Below, piece by piece: positions 20,435-29,825 of a stretch of 64,000 nt of DNA. The stretch comes from Desulfobaccales bacterium. Its GTDB lineage: Bacteria; Desulfobacterota; Desulfobaccia; Desulfobaccales; 0-14-0-80-60-11. The notes under the pieces were generated by a model that saw nothing but the letters and a program-made list of their open reading frames with translations, was not told the origin of the DNA and did no database searches. Made by a program: the position numbers and the translations under genes. Location: NCBI GenBank assembly GCA_052147455.1, contig JBKQKO010000017.1, forward strand, positions 769 through 64,768, given 5' to 3'. Position 1 is the first letter of the stretch, and every line of letters begins with the position of its first letter.

Positions 20435-20644
20435 ATGGACGAGGCGCTCATCAAGCAGTTGAAACAGCGGGTGGAAGAGGAGCTGCACCAGCGGGAGTTG
20501 GCCCTCCTGGAGTTCTGGCTGCAAGAATTAAAAAATCTTGACGCCAAACACCATAAGGAACTGGCGGCCCTGCAAAGCGACTTGAGAAGCTTCATCAGCC
20601 GGATGGAGACCCGGCTGCGCACCCTCAAAGCAGGCCCCAGGTAG
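20435..20644 (+). CDS. small coiled-coil hypothetical protein
   Basis: 69-aa ORF with AAGGTGG RBS and genome-like codon usage. Confidence 0.7.
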   Translation: MDEALIKQLKQRVEEELHQRELALLEFWLQELKNLDAKHHKELAALQSDLRSFISRMETRLRTLKAGPR

Positions 20645-20771
20645 GTAAGGCTCAGCGCAGAGACCCTGAGGACGCGGAGAAAAAATGAGAATCTCATAAT
20701 TTTTAGCCTGCTTCTCTGCGCCCCTGCGGTGAATCTCGACTCATTGATATTCCAGGAGAAATTCATTCAAG

Positions 20772-21155
20772 ATGTATGAGCTAAAGGTCATCACCCAGTT
20801 TGCCGCGGCGCACCGCCTGGAAAACTTTTGCGGCAAATGCGAGGCCCTCCACGGCCACAATTGGAAGGTGGAGGTTTTTCTGGTGGGGGAGAAGCTGGAC
20901 GCGGCCGGCCTGCTCATGGATTTCGGCCAGATCAAGGCCAGGACCAACGCCTTGCTGGAAGAGATCGACCATAAGTATCTGAACGAACTGGAGGCCTTTC
21001 AGAGGCAGAATCCCTCCTCGGAAAACCTGGCGCGCCACCTGTACGAGCGGCTGGCGGCCGCATTGAACCGGGACGGCGTCCGGGTCTCCCGGGTCAACGT
21101 CTGGGAATCGGACACCTCCTGCGCCTCCTACTACCTGGATGAGGCAGGAGTGTGA
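20772..21155 (+). CDS. queD: 6-carboxytetrahydropterin synthase
   Basis: FAAAHRL, KCEALHGHNW, DFG, DHKYLN, NPSSENLA, WES. Confidence 0.95.
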   Translation: MYELKVITQFAAAHRLENFCGKCEALHGHNWKVEVFLVGEKLDAAGLLMDFGQIKARTNALLEEIDHKYLNELEAFQRQNPSSENLARHLYERLAAALNRDGVRVSRVNVWESDTSCASYYLDEAGV

Positions 21156-21326
21156 AGGCCGCCGCGGCTGGCCTTTATTCATCCGATTTTTTATGGTATC
21201 ATTCCACATTGGAAGAATCTGAAAAAGTGGCTGGCCGACCAGCCTCCGGGGGTCGCGGTCAAAGAGTATGTTGCCAACTTAGTCCAGACCCTGCGCCGGG
21301 AAAGGTTCTTTGGCCTGGTCCTGGCA

Positions 21327-22421
21327 GTGGTCGTCATCATTCTTCTGGGGGCCACCGGCTTCGCCCTCACCGAGGCCCGGGAGGGGACCTGGCTGGAGCA
21401 TTTCGGCCGGGGGGCCTGGTGGGCCCTGGTCACCCTGACTACCGTGGGTTATGGGGACGTGGTCCCGGTCACCACCCTGGGACGGCTGGTGGCCAGCGCC
21501 GTCATTTTGGGGGGAGTCGTGATCGTCGCCATGGTCACGGCTACCGTGGCTTCGATCTTCATCGAACGGAAGCTTCGCCAGGAGCGCGGCTTGGAACCGG
21601 TTAATACGACCCAGCACATCCTGCTTTTGGGCTGGCATGAAGACGGGGATGTCCTTCTGGACCAACTCCTCAGGCGGCTTCCCCTGGACATCCCCCTGGT
21701 CCTGGTCAACAAACAGCTTCCGGAGATGCTGGAGGGGCTGCAAGACCGTTATCCCGGCCATCCCATCGTCTATCTCCGGGGAGATTATTCCCGGGAAGAA
21801 GTCCTCCTGAAGGCCAACGTCCGCCAGGCCCTCAAGGCTATTATCCTGGCCGAGCGGCAGCCGGGAGAAACCGCCAATCAGGCGGATCAACGCACCCTGC
21901 TCACCGCCCTCACCCTCAAGGGCCTCAATCCCAAGCTCCGCATTATGGCGGAACTGCTGCGCCCGGAAAACCGCTCCTATCTGGAGCGGGCCGGCGCCGA
22001 AGATGTCCTGGTCCGGGGCCAATACGACAGTTCCCTGTTGGCCCGGGCGGTCGCCTCCCCCGGCATCTTCCGGATCTTTACTAAACTGCTGTCCGGGGAA
22101 GGCCAGAACCTGTGGTCCGTGGAAATCCCCAGCAGCTTTCAAGGCCGCCCCCTGACGGAACTGGCGGCCTACCTGCGGGACCAACACCAGAGCCTGCTGG
22201 TCGCCATCTATACCGAGGCCAGAGCCCTTAGCCTGGAGGACCTGCTGGCCGAGGAGTCCTCGCCCATTGACGACTTCATCCGGCGCAAATTCGCCGAGAC
22301 CAGGATGACCCATCTCCTGGGCCGCACCAAGGTGGAATATCAGGTCAATCCTCCCGGCGATACCATCCTGGGGCCCCAACAATTCGCGGTGGTCATCGCC
22401 TCCCAGCAGCCGGAGCTATGA
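21327..22421 (+). CDS. potassium channel with RCK/TrkA-N domain
   Basis: TLTTVGYGD selectivity filter and Rossmann-like RCK domain; the frame stays open upstream, so the start is uncertain. Confidence 0.9.
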   Translation: MVVIILLGATGFALTEAREGTWLEHFGRGAWWALVTLTTVGYGDVVPVTTLGRLVASAVILGGVVIVAMVTATVASIFIERKLRQERGLEPVNTTQHILLLGWHEDGDVLLDQLLRRLPLDIPLVLVNKQLPEMLEGLQDRYPGHPIVYLRGDYSREEVLLKANVRQALKAIILAERQPGETANQADQRTLLTALTLKGLNPKLRIMAELLRPENRSYLERAGAEDVLVRGQYDSSLLARAVASPGIFRIFTKLLSGEGQNLWSVEIPSSFQGRPLTELAAYLRDQHQSLLVAIYTEARALSLEDLLAEESSPIDDFIRRKFAETRMTHLLGRTKVEYQVNPPGDTILGPQQFAVVIASQQPEL

Positions 22422-22927
22422 TGGCGAGTGTCGAGGACGCGGTTTTTTTCAGGAAAATCTTTCTCTTCCAGGACCTGGAAGACCCGGAACTTGAACAGGT
22501 TCTAAGCATCACCCACCCCAGGGAATTCCCCGCCGGCCAGGTCATCATCCAGGAAGGCGATCCGGGAGATTCCCTCTACATCATGGTCAACGGCGAGGTG
22601 GAGATCACCAAGCTGCTCACCCTGGTGCTGGATAAAGACACCCCCAAGGAGCGGGTGATGATCCGGCTCAAGGCCGAAGACGGCGCCTATTTCGGGGAAA
22701 TGAGCCTGCTGGAAGACGATCCCCGCTCGGCCACGGTCACTACCTTGAGCGACTGCCGGGTCCTGGAACTCTACCAGAAGGATTTCCTGGAACTGGTCCG
22801 GAAGGATCCCGCCATAGGGCTGAAGCTGCTGCTGCGCCTGGCCCAGCTTTTATCCCGGCATCTGCGCAAGACCAACCAGGACGTGGTGAAGCTCACCACC
22901 GCCCTGGCCATCTCCCTGGGCGGCTAG
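22418..22927 (+). CDS. stand-alone cyclic nucleotide-binding domain protein
   Basis: EGDPGDSLYIMVNGEV and FGEMSLLEDDPRSATV; ATGA overlap with the channel gene. Confidence 0.9.
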   Translation: MMASVEDAVFFRKIFLFQDLEDPELEQVLSITHPREFPAGQVIIQEGDPGDSLYIMVNGEVEITKLLTLVLDKDTPKERVMIRLKAEDGAYFGEMSLLEDDPRSATVTTLSDCRVLELYQKDFLELVRKDPAIGLKLLLRLAQLLSRHLRKTNQDVVKLTTALAISLGG

Positions 22928-23128
22928 AGTTGTGCTTCATAAATAATATGGCATTAAATCAGATGAAAACCTAAGTTCCAAGGGTATTACAGTCCCCCTT
23001 TGGAAAAGGGGGATTTAGAGGGATTTCAGGAGGTTATTTTAAATCCCCCCTGCCCCCCTTTTGCAAAGGGGGGTTAAAAAACCATAAATAGTTTGCAATG
23101 TCATAGCAATTATGAAGAATCACACTAG
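22924..23128. mobile_element. MITE of about 205 bp with CTAG ends, copy 1 (inverted copy at 40145-40346)
   Basis: Imperfect TIRs CTAGAGTTGTGCTTCATAA/TTATGAAGAATCACACTAG; internal CCCCCTTT...AAAGGGGG palindromes; aligns with the reverse complement of 40145-40346. Confidence 0.85.
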
Positions 23129-23212
23129 ATTCACCGGCTGGAAGCCTGTGGGCCTCACCGGCTGGAAGCCGTGCCACTGCCGCGCGCCGGCACGGCCTGG
23201 GGACCAGCCTGA

Positions 23213-23241
23213 TTGACAATGGCAGTTGTTAACCTTATGTT
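23213..23241 (+). promoter_or_regulatory. putative sigma70 promoter
   Basis: TTGACA-17 nt-TATGTT upstream of the ferritin-like gene. Confidence 0.65.
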
Positions 23242-23337
23242 GAGGGAAACCCGACGGCGGCAAGGCTGTTTTAACAGCAGCCCGATTCCGGTCTGAATAC
23301 CTTGAGCCGTCTCGCATATTTCCAAGGAGAAGGCCCC

Positions 23338-23862
23338 ATGAAAATGCAGGAATACATGTTCCAGGTCCTGAAAGACGCGGTGCGGATGGAGGTGGAGGGC
23401 CGGCAGTTCTACCTGGAAGCGGCCAAAAAAGTGCAAAACCCCGGAGTGCGCCAGATACTGGAGTATCTGGCGGAATCGGAAAAGTACCATATCGAGAAGT
23501 TCAACGAAATCTACCGGGACCTGGAGAAGGACCCGGCCTGGACCGAGTCCATGGCCACCTTCCGCCCGCCCAAGCAGGAACCCTATATCTGCGTTCTGGC
23601 CATGGCCCAGGCGGACCAGGAAACCGGCGGCAAGGACGATCTCCAGGCCCTAAGCACCGGCATTCAGATGGAGGAATGCTCCATCGACTACTACACCAAG
23701 CAGGCCCGGGAGAGCAAGAACCCCCTGGTCCGGCGCTTCTTCATGAGCGTGGCCCATGAGGAGCGCGGCCATTACCTCACTCTGATGGATATGCATAACT
23801 ACCTGACCCAGCCGGAAGACTGGTTTTATGTGAAACAGATGAGCAATGTGGATGGCCAGTGA
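23338..23862 (+). CDS. ferritin-like/rubrerythrin family protein
   Basis: E..G..FY, ESEKYH, EECSIDYY, HEERGH diiron-type motifs; AAGGAG RBS. Confidence 0.88.
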   Translation: MKMQEYMFQVLKDAVRMEVEGRQFYLEAAKKVQNPGVRQILEYLAESEKYHIEKFNEIYRDLEKDPAWTESMATFRPPKQEPYICVLAMAQADQETGGKDDLQALSTGIQMEECSIDYYTKQARESKNPLVRRFFMSVAHEERGHYLTLMDMHNYLTQPEDWFYVKQMSNVDGQ

Positions 23863-23905
23863 TTAAACGGAGGGCAAGAGGCGGCAGCTTCAGGAAGACA
23901 ACCGG

Positions 23906-24685
23906 GTGGAACTGATCGTCATCGGCTCCGGCACCGGGGTGCCCTCTCTGCGGCGGGGCTCGCCGGCCCTGGCGGTGAGGGCCGCGGGCCGGGTCGTGCT
24001 CCTGGACTTGGGGGCCGGTACCCTGCGGTCCATGCTGCGGCAGGGCCTCAACTTCAACCAGATCGACATCCTGGCCCTGAGCCACCGCCACCCCGACCAC
24101 GTGGGGGACCTGGTCCCCTTTCTGTTCGCCACCCGCTACGCCATGGGATATACCCGGCGGCAGCCCTTCTGGCTGCTGGCGGCCCGGGGCTTTGCCGGGT
24201 TTCTGGAGCGGCTTCAGGCCGCCTTCGGCGAGTGGCTGGAGCCGCCGGCGGGCCTCCTGCAACTCCGGGAGCTCTCTCCTGATGGCCCTGATGTAGCGGC
24301 TTGGGAGGGTTTGCGGATTAAGAGCGCCCCCACCAACCACATTGACGGCAGCCTGGCCTTCCGCCTGGAGGCCGGGTCCCGTTCCCTGGTCTATTCCGGG
24401 GACACGGACGAAAGCGACTCCCTGGTGGCCCTGGCCCAGGGGGCCGACCTCCTGGTGCTGGAGGCGGCCAACCCCATCAAGATCCCGGGACACCTGACGC
24501 CGACGGAGGCCGGACGCCTGGCGGCCCGGGCCGGGGTCCGGCGATTGCTGCTGACCCACTTTTACCCGCCGTGCGACGAGGTGGATGTGGTGGCCCTGGC
24601 GGCCCGGGAGTTTTCCGGGGAAATCCTCCGGGCCGAGGATGGCTTAAGGGTTGATTTAAGTGGGTCCGGAAGGATATGCTTATGA
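23906..24685 (+). CDS. MBL-fold metallohydrolase (RNase Z-like)
   Basis: GSGTG, SHRHPDHVGD, YSGDT, HLT, THFYP. Confidence 0.9.
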   Translation: MELIVIGSGTGVPSLRRGSPALAVRAAGRVVLLDLGAGTLRSMLRQGLNFNQIDILALSHRHPDHVGDLVPFLFATRYAMGYTRRQPFWLLAARGFAGFLERLQAAFGEWLEPPAGLLQLRELSPDGPDVAAWEGLRIKSAPTNHIDGSLAFRLEAGSRSLVYSGDTDESDSLVALAQGADLLVLEAANPIKIPGHLTPTEAGRLAARAGVRRLLLTHFYPPCDEVDVVALAAREFSGEILRAEDGLRVDLSGSGRICL

Positions 24686-24747
24686 CCGTGTAGTTTGTCA
24701 CCGGCAGGGTGATGGCCCAGGAAATTTCCCAGCCGGCGCCTCAATAG
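24685..24747 (+). pseudogene. 3' remnant of the lipoprotein gene found intact at 25924-26241
   Basis: ACC GTG TAG TTT GTC ACC GGC AGG GTG ATG GCC CAG GAA ATT TCC CAG CCG parallels TVQFVNGKVVAKEFSQP. Confidence 0.75.
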
Positions 24748-24851
24748 TTTTCTGTTTACTGTTTTGGCTAAAATCAACCATCCGCAAAATGAACTGCCAA
24801 ATTGGCAGGAAAGTTAAATAATCATCTGCAATTGAGCCAGGAGTGAGAGAC

Positions 24852-25646
24852 GTGCCCATTATTACCATTTCCAGGGGATCTTACAGCCGCGGCAAGGAGG
24901 TTGCGGAAAAACTGTCCCAGGCCTTGGGCTATCAATGCATTTCACGGGATATCCTCCTGGAGGCCTCGGAGCGCTACAATATCCCGGAAATCAAGCTGAT
25001 CCGGGCCATCCACGATGCGCCTTCAATTCTGGGACGCTTCTCTTATGAAAATGAGACCTTCGTGTCCTACCTCCGGGCGGCCCTCTTGCGCCAGGTCGAG
25101 AAGGACAACGTGATTTACCACGGGTTGGCCGGGCATTTCCTGCTGCAAGGGGTTCCCCAGGTTCTCAAGGTGCGGATCATTGCCGACCTGGAGGATCGGG
25201 TAAAGGAGGAGATGAAGCGGGAAGAGATCTCCGCCTCGGAAGCCCGGCGGATTTTGCAGAAGGACGACCAGGAGCGTCGCAAATGGAGCAAACACCTTTA
25301 TGGGATCGACACCTGGGACCCCAGCCTCTATGACCTGGTGATCCGGGTCAAGTGCTTCCAGGTGGACGACGCGGTGGACCTCATCAAATACGCCTTGAAA
25401 GTCTCTTGCTTTCAGTCCACCCCCGAGAACCAGGAGTTGGTGAAGGCGATGTCCCTGGCAGCCCAGATAGAGGCGGCCTTGATCCAGGAAATCCCCTCGG
25501 TACAGGTGGAGGCCAGGGAGGGCGAGATCTTCATTTACCTCAAAAGGTCCGTGTGCGGAGACGAAGAACTCGTATCCCGGATCAAGCGCCTGGCCGCCAG
25601 CATCGCCGATGCTGAGATCAGGATTTTCTGCCTGGTGAAGCCCTAG
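24852..25646 (+). CDS. cytidylate kinase-like family protein, paralog 1
   Basis: IITISRGSYSRGKEVA, YHGLAGHF, DDQERRKW, YDLVI. Confidence 0.88.
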   Translation: MPIITISRGSYSRGKEVAEKLSQALGYQCISRDILLEASERYNIPEIKLIRAIHDAPSILGRFSYENETFVSYLRAALLRQVEKDNVIYHGLAGHFLLQGVPQVLKVRIIADLEDRVKEEMKREEISASEARRILQKDDQERRKWSKHLYGIDTWDPSLYDLVIRVKCFQVDDAVDLIKYALKVSCFQSTPENQELVKAMSLAAQIEAALIQEIPSVQVEAREGEIFIYLKRSVCGDEELVSRIKRLAASIADAEIRIFCLVKP

Positions 25647-25923
25647 CTGCCCTGATGAAGAGGCGGCGCCGATATCCAGCCGGTGTTGGCCGAGGTTGGG
25701 AGGCAATCATGACTTTGAAGCACCAACGCATCGTCATTAGCGCGGTACTCCCTCATGGGCCTGGCCACCGCCAGGGCCGCGGCGGCCCTGGCTTTCCGTG
25801 AAGATCCTCCGGGCCGAGGATGCCTTAAGGGTTAATTTAGAAGACCAGGGGTCGCACCCCCCAAACCAATCCTGATTCATGATGGTGAGCCGGCAATTCA
25901 GAGGCTTAATCCCTGAACGGAGG

Positions 25924-26241
25924 ATGACTGCCGTGAGAATTGGTTCGGAGTTCGTTAACCTGCGGGGGCTGGGCCGACTGCTGCTGGTGGCCCTGGTGAT
26001 CGCCGGCCTGGCCGGCTGCCATCCCAAGATCAGCAAGGAAAATTTCGACCAGATCAAGCTGGGAATGACCCAGGAAGAAGTGCAGGGTATCCTGGGACCG
26101 CCCAGCGAAGCCACCGGCCTGGAGATTCCGGTGTTTTCGGGAACCATGTCCAAATGGGCTCAGGGGGATGCGATGATCACCGTGCAGTTTGTCAATGGCA
26201 AAGTAGTGGCCAAGGAATTTTCCCAGCCGCCGCCGAAATAG
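25924..26241 (+). CDS. small lipoprotein (BamE/DUF3862-like)
   Basis: Lipobox LAGC; NFDQIKLGMTQEEVQGILGPP. Confidence 0.8.
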   Translation: MTAVRIGSEFVNLRGLGRLLLVALVIAGLAGCHPKISKENFDQIKLGMTQEEVQGILGPPSEATGLEIPVFSGTMSKWAQGDAMITVQFVNGKVVAKEFSQPPPK

Positions 26242-26344
26242 TTTTCGGTCCACTGTTTTGGCTAAAATCAACCATCCGCAAAATGAACGTCTAAATTGCC
26301 AAGGAGTTAAATAGCCATCTGCAATTGAAAAAGGAGCGAGAAAC

Positions 26345-27145
26345 GTGTCGATTATTACCATTTCCAGAGGATCTTACAGCCGCGGCAAGGAGGTTGCGGA
26401 AAAACTGGCCCAGGACTTGGGCTATCAATGCCTTTCCCGGGATATCCTCCTGGAAGCCTCGGAGCGCTTCAATATCCCGGAATTCAAGCTGGTCCGGGCC
26501 ATCCATGATGCGCCTTCACTTTTGGAACGGTTCACTTACGGCAAAGAGCCCTATGTGTCCTCCATCCGGGCGGCCCTCTTGCGCCAGGTCCAGAAAGGCA
26601 ACGTGATTTACCACGGGTTGGCCGGGCATTTCCTGCTGCAAGGGATTCCCCATGTTCTCAAGGTGCGGATCATTGCCGACCTGGAGGACCGGGTAAAAGA
26701 GGAGATGAAGCGGGAGAAGATCTCCGCCGCGGAAGCCAGGCGGATTTTGCTGAAGGACGACGAAGAGCGGCGCAAATGGAGCAAACACCTTTATGGTATC
26801 GACACCTGGGACCCCAGCCTCTATGACCTGGTGATCAATATCAAGTGCCTCACGGTGGACGGCGCGGTGGACATCATCAAATGCACCTTGAAAAACCCTT
26901 GCTTTCAGCCCACCTCCGAGACTCAAAGGTTGATAGATGAGAAGTCCCTGGCAGCCAGGGTGGAGGCGGCCCTGATCCAGGAAATCCCCTCGGTGGAGGT
27001 GGAGGTCAAGGAGGGCGAGGTCTTCATTTACCTCAAAAAGGCCCAGTACGAAAACGAAGAAGTCATGGCCCGGGTTAAGCGCCTGACCGCCAACATCGTC
27101 GGTTTTAGTGGCAAGATTACCTGCCTGATGCGGCCCTATGTCTAA
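26345..27145 (+). CDS. cytidylate kinase-like family protein, paralog 2
   Basis: Highly similar to 24852-25646, including the upstream region. Confidence 0.88.
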   Translation: MSIITISRGSYSRGKEVAEKLAQDLGYQCLSRDILLEASERFNIPEFKLVRAIHDAPSLLERFTYGKEPYVSSIRAALLRQVQKGNVIYHGLAGHFLLQGIPHVLKVRIIADLEDRVKEEMKREKISAAEARRILLKDDEERRKWSKHLYGIDTWDPSLYDLVINIKCLTVDGAVDIIKCTLKNPCFQPTSETQRLIDEKSLAARVEAALIQEIPSVEVEVKEGEVFIYLKKAQYENEEVMARVKRLTANIVGFSGKITCLMRPYV

Positions 27146-27324
27146 TATATCTTGCCCCCAAAAACTCCCTCTCCCTGAAAGGGGAGGGGGCTAGAGGGAG
27201 GCAGCTATCGGCTAAGGGAAAAGGCCAACGACCCAAAAAGAGGTGGCAATCTCCGAGGAGCAGATCATTGGCCAGGCTTTGTTTTAAGCTGATGGCTGCA
27301 AGCTGACAACTGCAGGGGAATGAT

Positions 27325-28134
27325 ATGAGAAACGGCCTGATTTTTGGATATGTTCTGCTGATGATTCTGGCCTTAACTTTAGGTTCGGAGGCGCAGGCAA
27401 AAATGGTGACCAAGAGCGTGGAATACCAACATGACGGCGCCGTCTTTAAGGGCTACCTGGCCTATGATGACGCCTTGCGGGGCCGGCGTCCCGGGGTCCT
27501 GGTGGTCCATGAGTGGTGGGGCCTCAACGATTTTGCCCGGAAAATCGCGGAGCAACTGGCCGGTTTGGGTTACGTCGCCCTGGCCGCCGACATGTACGGC
27601 CAGGGCCGGGTTACCCGGGACCCCAAGGAGGCGGGCAGGCTGGCCGGGGAACTGCGGGGAAACCCCGCCCTGCTGCGGGCCCGGGCCCAGGCGGCCTTGA
27701 AGGCCCTGGCGGAGACCCCGGAGGTGGACCCCCAGCGTCTGGCGGCCATCGGCTTCTGCTTCGGCGGCACTACGGTCCTGGAGCTGGCTTATGCGGGCGC
27801 CGGCCTGAAAGGGGTGGTGAGCTTCCACGGCGGCCTGACCGCGCCCAAGCCGGAGGAACTCAAGTCCATCAAGGCCGCCATCCTGGTGCTGCACGGGGCC
27901 GATGACCCCCACGTCACCGGGGAAGCCATCGCCGCCTTCCAGGAGGCCATGAGAAAAGGGGGACTGGACTGGCAGATGGTCTATTTCGGCGGGGCGGTGC
28001 ACGGCTTTACCAATTCCGCCAACGGGAGCGACAAGGCCACCGGGGTCGCTTACGACGCCCAGGCGGCTGGGCGTTCCTGGCAATACATGCAGGATTTCTT
28101 CAAAGAGATCTTTGCGGTTAAAGAGCGGGAATGA
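27325..28134 (+). CDS. dienelactone hydrolase family protein with signal peptide
   Basis: VHEWWGLN, GFCFGG, HGADD, HGFT. Confidence 0.92.
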   Translation: MRNGLIFGYVLLMILALTLGSEAQAKMVTKSVEYQHDGAVFKGYLAYDDALRGRRPGVLVVHEWWGLNDFARKIAEQLAGLGYVALAADMYGQGRVTRDPKEAGRLAGELRGNPALLRARAQAALKALAETPEVDPQRLAAIGFCFGGTTVLELAYAGAGLKGVVSFHGGLTAPKPEELKSIKAAILVLHGADDPHVTGEAIAAFQEAMRKGGLDWQMVYFGGAVHGFTNSANGSDKATGVAYDAQAAGRSWQYMQDFFKEIFAVKERE

Positions 28135-28334
28135 GATAAGGAAAAGTGAGGCGCGAATAGTAAATTTCCGGGTGGGGTGGCAACGCTTTTCGCTAATTTA
28201 CGGCCCTATTGTTCATTTTGCCCCCTCCTCCGGTCAAAACGCCTCGCTCAGGGGAGGGAGAGAAAATGAAAATGCACAGGCGAGACGCCTGTGCCACTCA
28301 CGGGCTGGAAGCCCGCGCCACTGTCGCCCCGGCT

Positions 28335-29024
28335 TCAGACATTAAAGCGAATCTCGATGACGTCCCCTTCGCAAATGGCGTAGTCCCGGTCCACCAGCCG
28401 CACCAGGCCCCGGGAGCGGGCCTCTTGCCAGTTGTAGACCCCCATTAAGTCCTGGTAGCTGACGATCTCGGCCTTGATGAAACCCCGGGCCAGGTCGGAA
28501 TGAATCTTCCCGGCGCAGGTGACGATGTCGGAACCTTCCTTAATCGGCCAGGCATGCACCTCTTTTTTGTCCGCGGTGTAAAAAAAGGTGATACCGGCCT
28601 TGTGCAGAACCTGCTCAATGGCGTCCTGGACCCCGGGTTGGCCTGCGACCATAACGGTGGGCTTTAGACTTAAGGGCGCCAGGGATTTGAGGAGGGCCGC
28701 TTCTTCTTCAGAAAAATCGAGGTCACAAAGTGGTATTTCCTTCTCCAAATATCCGAGACAGCGGCTCAGCAACTCCTTTTCATTATCATCCGTGGTTTTG
28801 TCCCGCCGGGTTTCCAGCTTTTCCATATCCTGGATCAGCAGATCCAGGACCTTCTCTCGGGAGACTAAAAAGGCATCGCACTGCTGACCGTCTTCTTTGA
28901 TGAATTCCGCATAGAACGGAGAGACCTTCTTGGCCTCAAATTTCTTATCCAGGGCAATCACCCGCTCATCCTGATATTTGACCTTGCCTTCCGGGAGATC
29001 CAAACCCATAAAACATATCTTCAT
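28335..29024 (-). CDS. YchF-related protein (DUF933 C-terminal domain) lacking the P-loop
   Basis: EVHAW, AGKIHSDLARGFIKAE, GDVIEIRFNV; no GxxxxGK(S/T). Confidence 0.85.
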   Translation of the reverse strand: MKICFMGLDLPEGKVKYQDERVIALDKKFEAKKVSPFYAEFIKEDGQQCDAFLVSREKVLDLLIQDMEKLETRRDKTTDDNEKELLSRCLGYLEKEIPLCDLDFSEEEAALLKSLAPLSLKPTVMVAGQPGVQDAIEQVLHKAGITFFYTADKKEVHAWPIKEGSDIVTCAGKIHSDLARGFIKAEIVSYQDLMGVYNWQEARSRGLVRLVDRDYAICEGDVIEIRFNV

Positions 29025-29370
29025 TGTCTTTAACCTCGAATTTGGCCCGGACGAGACAGCTGCCCGCGCGGGCCTTCATCATCTATTATACGGAAACCCT
29101 CCCCCCTCTCAGGGGGGAAGTAAAGACCCTTAATCCCTGAAGCCGGCGCCTCGCCAAGAAAAACCGGCAGGATCGGCGATCCTGCCGGCTACCGGGATCG
29201 TTCCTCAAATCTGGCGGACCCTGCCTGGAAGGGACCCGGGTGAGCGGCAACTTAATGGTAATGGCCTGTTTTCCGCCTCTGCTAAGGGGCTATTGACGTT
29301 GATTTGCCTTTCACAGGAAACAGAAAACAGATAACCGCATTTTAGCGACCCTGCGGGCCGCCCTTTAAGG

Positions 29371-29574
29371 TTAAATTTTACTGACGTTTTGGGCTTGGGG
29401 TCCCTTGGCGCCGTCGACCACCTCAAACTCCACTTCCTGGTTCTCTGCCAGGGACCGGAAACCGTCGCCCGTGATGGCGCTGAAATGGACAAAGACATCG
29501 GGGCCGTCTTCCCGGGAGATGAACCCAAAACCCTTGGCGTCATTAAACCATTTAACCTTCCCTCTTTCCTTCAT
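29371..29574 (-). CDS. cold-shock domain protein
   Basis: [31 protein letters not shown]. Confidence 0.97.
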   Translation of the reverse strand: MKERGKVKWFNDAKGFGFISREDGPDVFVHFSAITGDGFRSLAENQEVEFEVVDGAKGPQAQNVSKI

Positions 29575-29825
29575 TATGCCTTCCCTCCTGAAATGGTAAA
29601 CCTGTCCGGCCCGCAGAGCCGCACCGACTGAGAAGCTGTCAGACAAAAAAAAGGAGGGTATTTAGCATACCCTGCCGATTGGTTCCCGGGGCGCCGCGCC
29701 CCACCTTCGTCCGACATGCTAAGATACGGGGAAAATCTAACAATAGATTATCCCGCTGTCAAGAAATTTGCAACCTCCGGGAAAATTTGCAGGTAAGTTA
29801 TATCCCCTCATCCGGTTCTTCGGGA

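Noticed and set aside
24685-24747. TAG read-through (pyrrolysine) in a small ORF
   Set aside because: It is a decayed duplicate of the lipoprotein 3' end (CAG to TAG) with no start codon
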